Positions 59,451-64,000 of a DNA stretch of 64,000 nt are shown here, one piece after another. The translations under genes were made by a program, and so were the position numbers. The notes beneath the pieces were generated by a model. It did not search any database. It worked only from the letters and a program-made list of their open reading frames with translations, and was not told where the DNA came from. The stretch covers positions 124,001-188,000 of the forward strand of contig JAMDHS010000013.1 in the NCBI GenBank assembly GCA_029717555.1, written 5' to 3'. Source of the stretch: Peribolospora baueri. Taxonomy: Eukaryota. Every line of letters starts with the position of its first letter. Within the stretch, counting starts at the first letter, position 1.

Positions 59451-60576
59451 ATGGTAGCCCAGAACGTAAACCCCTACTTCCTCCCCGGGGTCATTGACCT
59501 CACCCAGCCCTCGCTGTGGCTAGCCGTCGGGAGCATCTTGTTCAATCCTATATTCTGGAACGTCGCTGCTAGGCGTGAGTCCGGAGCTCCCTTTTCGAAA
59601 TTGGGAGCGGCCGGGGAGACGCCACTACTGGGTTGACCGGTATTCCACGGCCCGGCCAAATGCCAATCCAGCCCTACTCCATCCGCCTCTGACCATTGCG
59701 CGCAATCTCATCCCGCTCTCTCTGTTCGGTTTCGATTGTTGCAGAGGAATACCACAATAAGGTCCTTACCAAGCTCGCCGGTGGGAACCCTCGCCTGGGA
59801 TGCTACGGCCTGGCGGCTACGATTTTCGCGCTGGGGATATTCAGGGACCATTTGTGAGTGTTATGCGCGAATTTCCGGAGGGATGGGTGATGACCTGCAA
59901 TAAAGGGGGAAAAAGGGACATGAATGCGCACCGATCCTTTCCACTTCTCCCCAGGTACAATGATGCTCTCACCTACCAGCCCGCACACCCTCTCCTCACC
60001 GCACCTCTGGTAAAAGGTCTTTCCCTCGCTTTCCTGGCGATCGGAAACACCTTTGTTATAAGCTCGATGTGGGCCTTGGGCGTTACAGGCACCTATCTAG
60101 GTGACTACTTCGGCATTCTCATGGACCACCGTGTCACAGGGTTTCCGTTTAACGTCCTTGATGATCCGATGTATGTCGGGAGCACCCTCAACTTCGCTGG
60201 TGTCGCTTTGTGGTGAGTGCATGGAAAGGGATAGGTCGGCAGGCTTACACGCCATCATGCTGATCACCGAACCCTCGCCCTCTCTCCCTTCCCTGCATCG
60301 ACACAGGTTCGGAAAGCCGGCCGGCCTAATCCTCACTGTGCTCGTCTACACGGTCTATCGAATCGCGCTCTTGTATGAGGGGTGAGTAGGGCTCTCATCC
60401 TTGTTGTTCTTAGGCCTCGCCGGGTAACATGGTACGGAAAGCACTGACGTTTTGGGGGGCTCGATCTCGCTATTCGGTCCCATGTTGACAGCCCCTTCAC
60501 GGACACGATCTACTCCAACAAGAACAAGGCGGACGCTGCCGCATCTACTGGTAAGGCCGCCAAGAAGGACCTCTAG
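59451..60576 (+). CDS. OPI3: Phospholipid methyltransferase (PEMT/Opi3)
   Basis: FNPIFWNVAARQ/EY, GCYGLAATIF, SSMWALGVTGTYLGDYFGILMD, FPFNVLDDPMYVGS and YEGPFT; ends KKDL (KKxx motif). Confidence 0.95.
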
Positions 60577-60712
60577 ACTTTGACGTCGTCGTCGTGAAGA
60601 TCACAACCAATGTGACGCACTAGAATATCTCGATAGCGAACACACATTCGGAACGGCGGGACGAGAAGCCGATGATGGCGAGTGCGTCTAGTGAACATTT
60701 CTTCATGCGTCA

Positions 60713-63700
60713 TTATACCGGATGATCGTCTCGTGAAGTATGTGCAACAACCCCATTGAGCCGAGTGCGACTCGCCCTCCTCGGCGCTCGTTGGTGGTGG
60801 TGATGATGGCGACGATGTCTGGCCTCGGGGGATAGACGCGCCACGTCGTCTGGCTCTTCCCCTTCGAGCGTACGATCCTCCACCACGTTCTGTAAGTCGG
60901 TCAAGCGTTTGTCGTGGACGATCCAGGAAAAGCAGAAGCAGGGAAGGAGCATGAGTGTCGCCACTAAGCAGAGTGTGCGCATGCTGAGAGCGTGCGTGCG
61001 TGCAGGAGGGAAGAGGGACGCGGGACAGGAAACAAAGGAACAAATGGCAAGGTTCAGCATCGGCTCCGACGGCGGATGGGGCCGGCGACAAGCGACTCAC
61101 ACGTCCACCCATGCTTGAGAGATGTCGTCCCGAATGGCCGAGCCTATGGGGTACTTGCTCACACCTTGAAGACCGCCATAGATCGACTGGCGCTCTTCTG
61201 GGGTCAGATAAGGCTGCGAGCGTAGATGGAAGATGAGAACGGAAGCGGAAATGGGATGAGTTTCCGCTCCTTCAAAGACCGATACCCTGCAACTGAGCAG
61301 GCAAAAAAAATAAAAACCCAACCACTCCCTACGTGGAAACGCACTAAATAGTGTTCCAATTTCCTCGGCAGCAACTGGGTATACAGCGCCCCGGCAACGG
61401 CGCTACCGATCGCGCCGCCGATCTCGGTGAGGAGAAGGATGAGCGCGGTGACGACGGCCACATCGCCGTGTCGGACGCACACCTGCGCAGCGACTTGGAT
61501 GGTGATGCCGACCATGCCGCCTCCGACGCCTTGCAAAACTTGGCAGAGCACCAGGCTGAACGTCGAGTCCGAAGGCGCGCGGAATCGGATCACTGCAGCC
61601 GGCGGGGTGGGCGGAAGCGACCGTCCAAAGTCAGCACCGAGCCTGCGACACGGGTCTCGAAATCCGCCATCCCTCGTCGCAGTTGGGGGAATCACACTCA
61701 CTCAGAGCCACGCCGAGCATCCTCACAACCGTGCCGAAAACAATAAAATATTTGTAGTGTCGCGTCCAAGCCATCAGACCGCCGACGAGAATACCTGCGA
61801 CGGTCATCGTGATGTTCTGCGTCGAGCTGGGAAGAGTAACGAAAGCGGAGGAAGATCCGATCAGCCTCGGTGTGGAGCGACGGGGAGCGAGAAGGAGATA
61901 GCGCTCTGAACAAGGAGTACAAATCGGGCACTCACGCAAAATAGCCAGAGACGGTGGTATTCCACCCTCTAGAGATCTGCACAAAGCTGGATAGGTAGTT
62001 CCACGAGAGATAGAAAGATGCAAAGTCGAAGCAGCCGATCATGCAAGCGCTCATGACGCTCCGGTTTTTGAAGTAATGGTACGGCAGTAGGGGTCGTGTG
62101 GCGTGGACCTCCCAGAACCCGAATGAAAGCAGGGAAAGCGCGCCGCCTGCTATCATCAGGACGATGTGCGCTGCCGTGGTAGAGAAGACCAGGAAGGGGG
62201 GGAGGAAGGCATGTGAGCATCTATTCGATGGTGGCGATGGCCGAAGACGTCTCGGATGACCAGAACGAATGCAAGGAGAGTTACTCACGCGACCGCCACT
62301 TGTCCGGCGCTCCGCCCGCCAAAGTGAGCGCGAGCAGCAAAAGCAGCCATCCAATGGAGAGCAAAAAGAGGCCGACGAGATCGAGCTCGACGCCGAGTCG
62401 GTGAACGACCTCTTTCGCACCCCTGCTCTCCAGGGGCGAGTGGGTTGGGACAAGGTTGGCTCGTCGTGCCCTTCGCTCGCCTATCGCTAAGGTCGCGATA
62501 AGTGGGGCTGAGGCGATTGGGACAAGGATGCAGAACCTGCACAGTCCGAGGCGGGTCGTCACAACACGAGTCACCGCGGAATCAGCTTCAAGGATGGGGT
62601 GGGTCAGGAGCTCGCTCGGTCACTCACATCCCGTACCCCCATCGCCAACCTTTTCCCTCCGTGACACTTCCGGCGACCTTGCTCGCGATGCCAAAGTTGA
62701 TGATGTACGGCAAGTCCACGAGGCCGATGACGAGCCCTCTCCACTTGGCCGTGGTCGTGTCGGCGATGATGACCTGCTGCAAGACTTGCACACCCGTAGA
62801 ACCGATGGCATACAGCACGATGCCTCCACTGAGCTGTTGCAGATTGGAGGAGACGGCGACGAGAAAATAGCCCAAGACGTAGAAGAAGACGGAGAGAAGG
62901 TATGCTTCCGCACGGCCGAACACGTCTGACAGCTTTGCGATGGGAGGTTTGGCGACTGCGATGATCATCTGTACGAGCGGATGTTAGAGGGGCAAGAAGC
63001 AGAAAGAAGAGGACGGGTCAGATTCGGTGCGATCAGTTTCACGGAGCGTCAATCGGCGCACAGAAGCGACCTGACTCTCACGGTGCCGCTCTCCTCCCGA
63101 CAAGACGACTTGCTCACCTGTTGAACGATCTGAACAGCACTGAAGAGTGGAAGCTTGCCAAACTCGCTCGTCGCTTCGTTAAGGTAAAGGTACGCTGTCT
63201 GGCCGTCCAGAGAGGTCACGTAGGCTACAAGACCGACGCTGGAGAGAGGGAAGAGGACGAAGGAAGGATAGAGAAATGGAGACGGAGTTGAGAGCTGCTG
63301 GTCGACGACGCCCCAGCCGCATTTATGCGCCAAACTAATGAAATGTCCTCTTCTCCTTTCCTCTCCATTCCACCTCCGCCCCGGCGTACGCCGCCGTTCG
63401 ACCTCGAAACGAGACTCACCCGAGATAGAGCGCCCCCCACATCTTGGTCCTACTCCCCCACACGCTCTGTGCCGCCTCGACGGCCAGCACTCCCTCCTGC
63501 TCTTCCTCCGATCCAGCTTCAGGAGGCAGAGCCACGTCTCTGGCCCAGCCCCTAGGCGTCGTTAGCGGGGGAGGAGACACGCTCGGTCGACGGCGACGAT
63601 TGCGACGGCGGCCAACGCGAAGGGAGGGGCCCGGTGCAAACTTGTCCAAGTCTTCTTCATGCGCATCCACCTCATCGCCTTCCACACCGGCGGCGTCCGC

Positions 63701-64000
63701 TATCCCATCCTCCATGTTCACGCCCACGTCCGTATCTACGTCCCCGTCGCAGTCTACCACCTGATCGTAGGCGTACGCTCTCCAACGTCCCGAACCCCTC
63801 CATCGCTTCTCCTTCCTCCTCCTCCTCTCCGTCGCGTTCGACGGGGCGCGAGACGGGGACCTCGCGGGCGACGGCCATCCATCGTCGTCTCCCTCTTCCT
63901 CTCCTAAGAGATGCGTGGTAGAGGAGGAAGGCCCCATCTCCGGCTCCGTGCCAGACCGCGAGGGCGGAGGCGAGCTACCCGTGGCCCCGTAGTCGGGAAC
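60713..64000 (-). CDS. Siderophore-iron transporter (MFS, SIT/ARN family), 5' end outside window
   Basis: GVLAVEAAQSVWG, AYVTSLDG, AVAKPPIAKLSDVFGRAEAY, QQVIIADTT..KWRG, WRWGYGM, LTEIGGAIGSAVAG and LTDLQNVVE; the frame stays open to the window edge. Confidence 0.9.

Noticed and set aside
1602..60576. Cryptic PTS1 by stop-codon readthrough (TGA-CTA type) in the metabolic genes
   Set aside because: I read past the stops of the kinase, TYR1, THI20, THI80 and both ACADs: no TGA-CTA context and no canonical SKL-type extension.
1..64000. tRNA, rRNA, transposon or CRISPR features
   Set aside because: No T-arm/cloverleaf, rRNA, transposase/RT, LTR/TIR or repeat-spacer pattern seen by eye; only microsatellites and short local duplications.

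Overview
Gene-dense, intron-rich (mostly 70-250 nt GT-AG introns), GC-rich fungal chromosomal DNA. Protein motifs and intron style point to a basidiomycete; I cannot place it more finely with confidence. About 22 spliced protein-coding genes can be built by hand: a levoglucosan/anhydro-MurNAc kinase (5'-truncated), TRL1, RPS14, a MUP1-like amino-acid permease, IES6, ATX1, SIN1/AVO1, MPH1/FANCM, POL2, a synaptobrevin, a PTS1-bearing heme peroxidase, COQ4, EPT1/CPT1, TYR1, THI20, two divergent acyl-CoA dehydrogenases, PEX11, THI80, an orphan, OPI3 and a siderophore transporter (5'-truncated). Most sit in head-to-head pairs about 300 bp apart. Highlights not visible in the ORF track: (1) a decayed catabolic cluster at 1.8-6.0 kb, with an FAD monooxygenase relic, an exon relic and an MFS pseudogene carrying several lesions; (2) two consecutive 4-nt microexons that are both needed to keep MPH1 in frame; (3) a recurring CACGTG plus telomere-repeat (TAACCCTA) module in the bidirectional promoters; (4) two intergenic structured-RNA candidates; (5) a loosely coherent CoQ/thiamine/lipid neighbourhood at 37-60 kb. 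I found no tRNA, rRNA, transposon, CRISPR array or TPP riboswitch. Gene models were spliced by eye, so boundaries are approximate.
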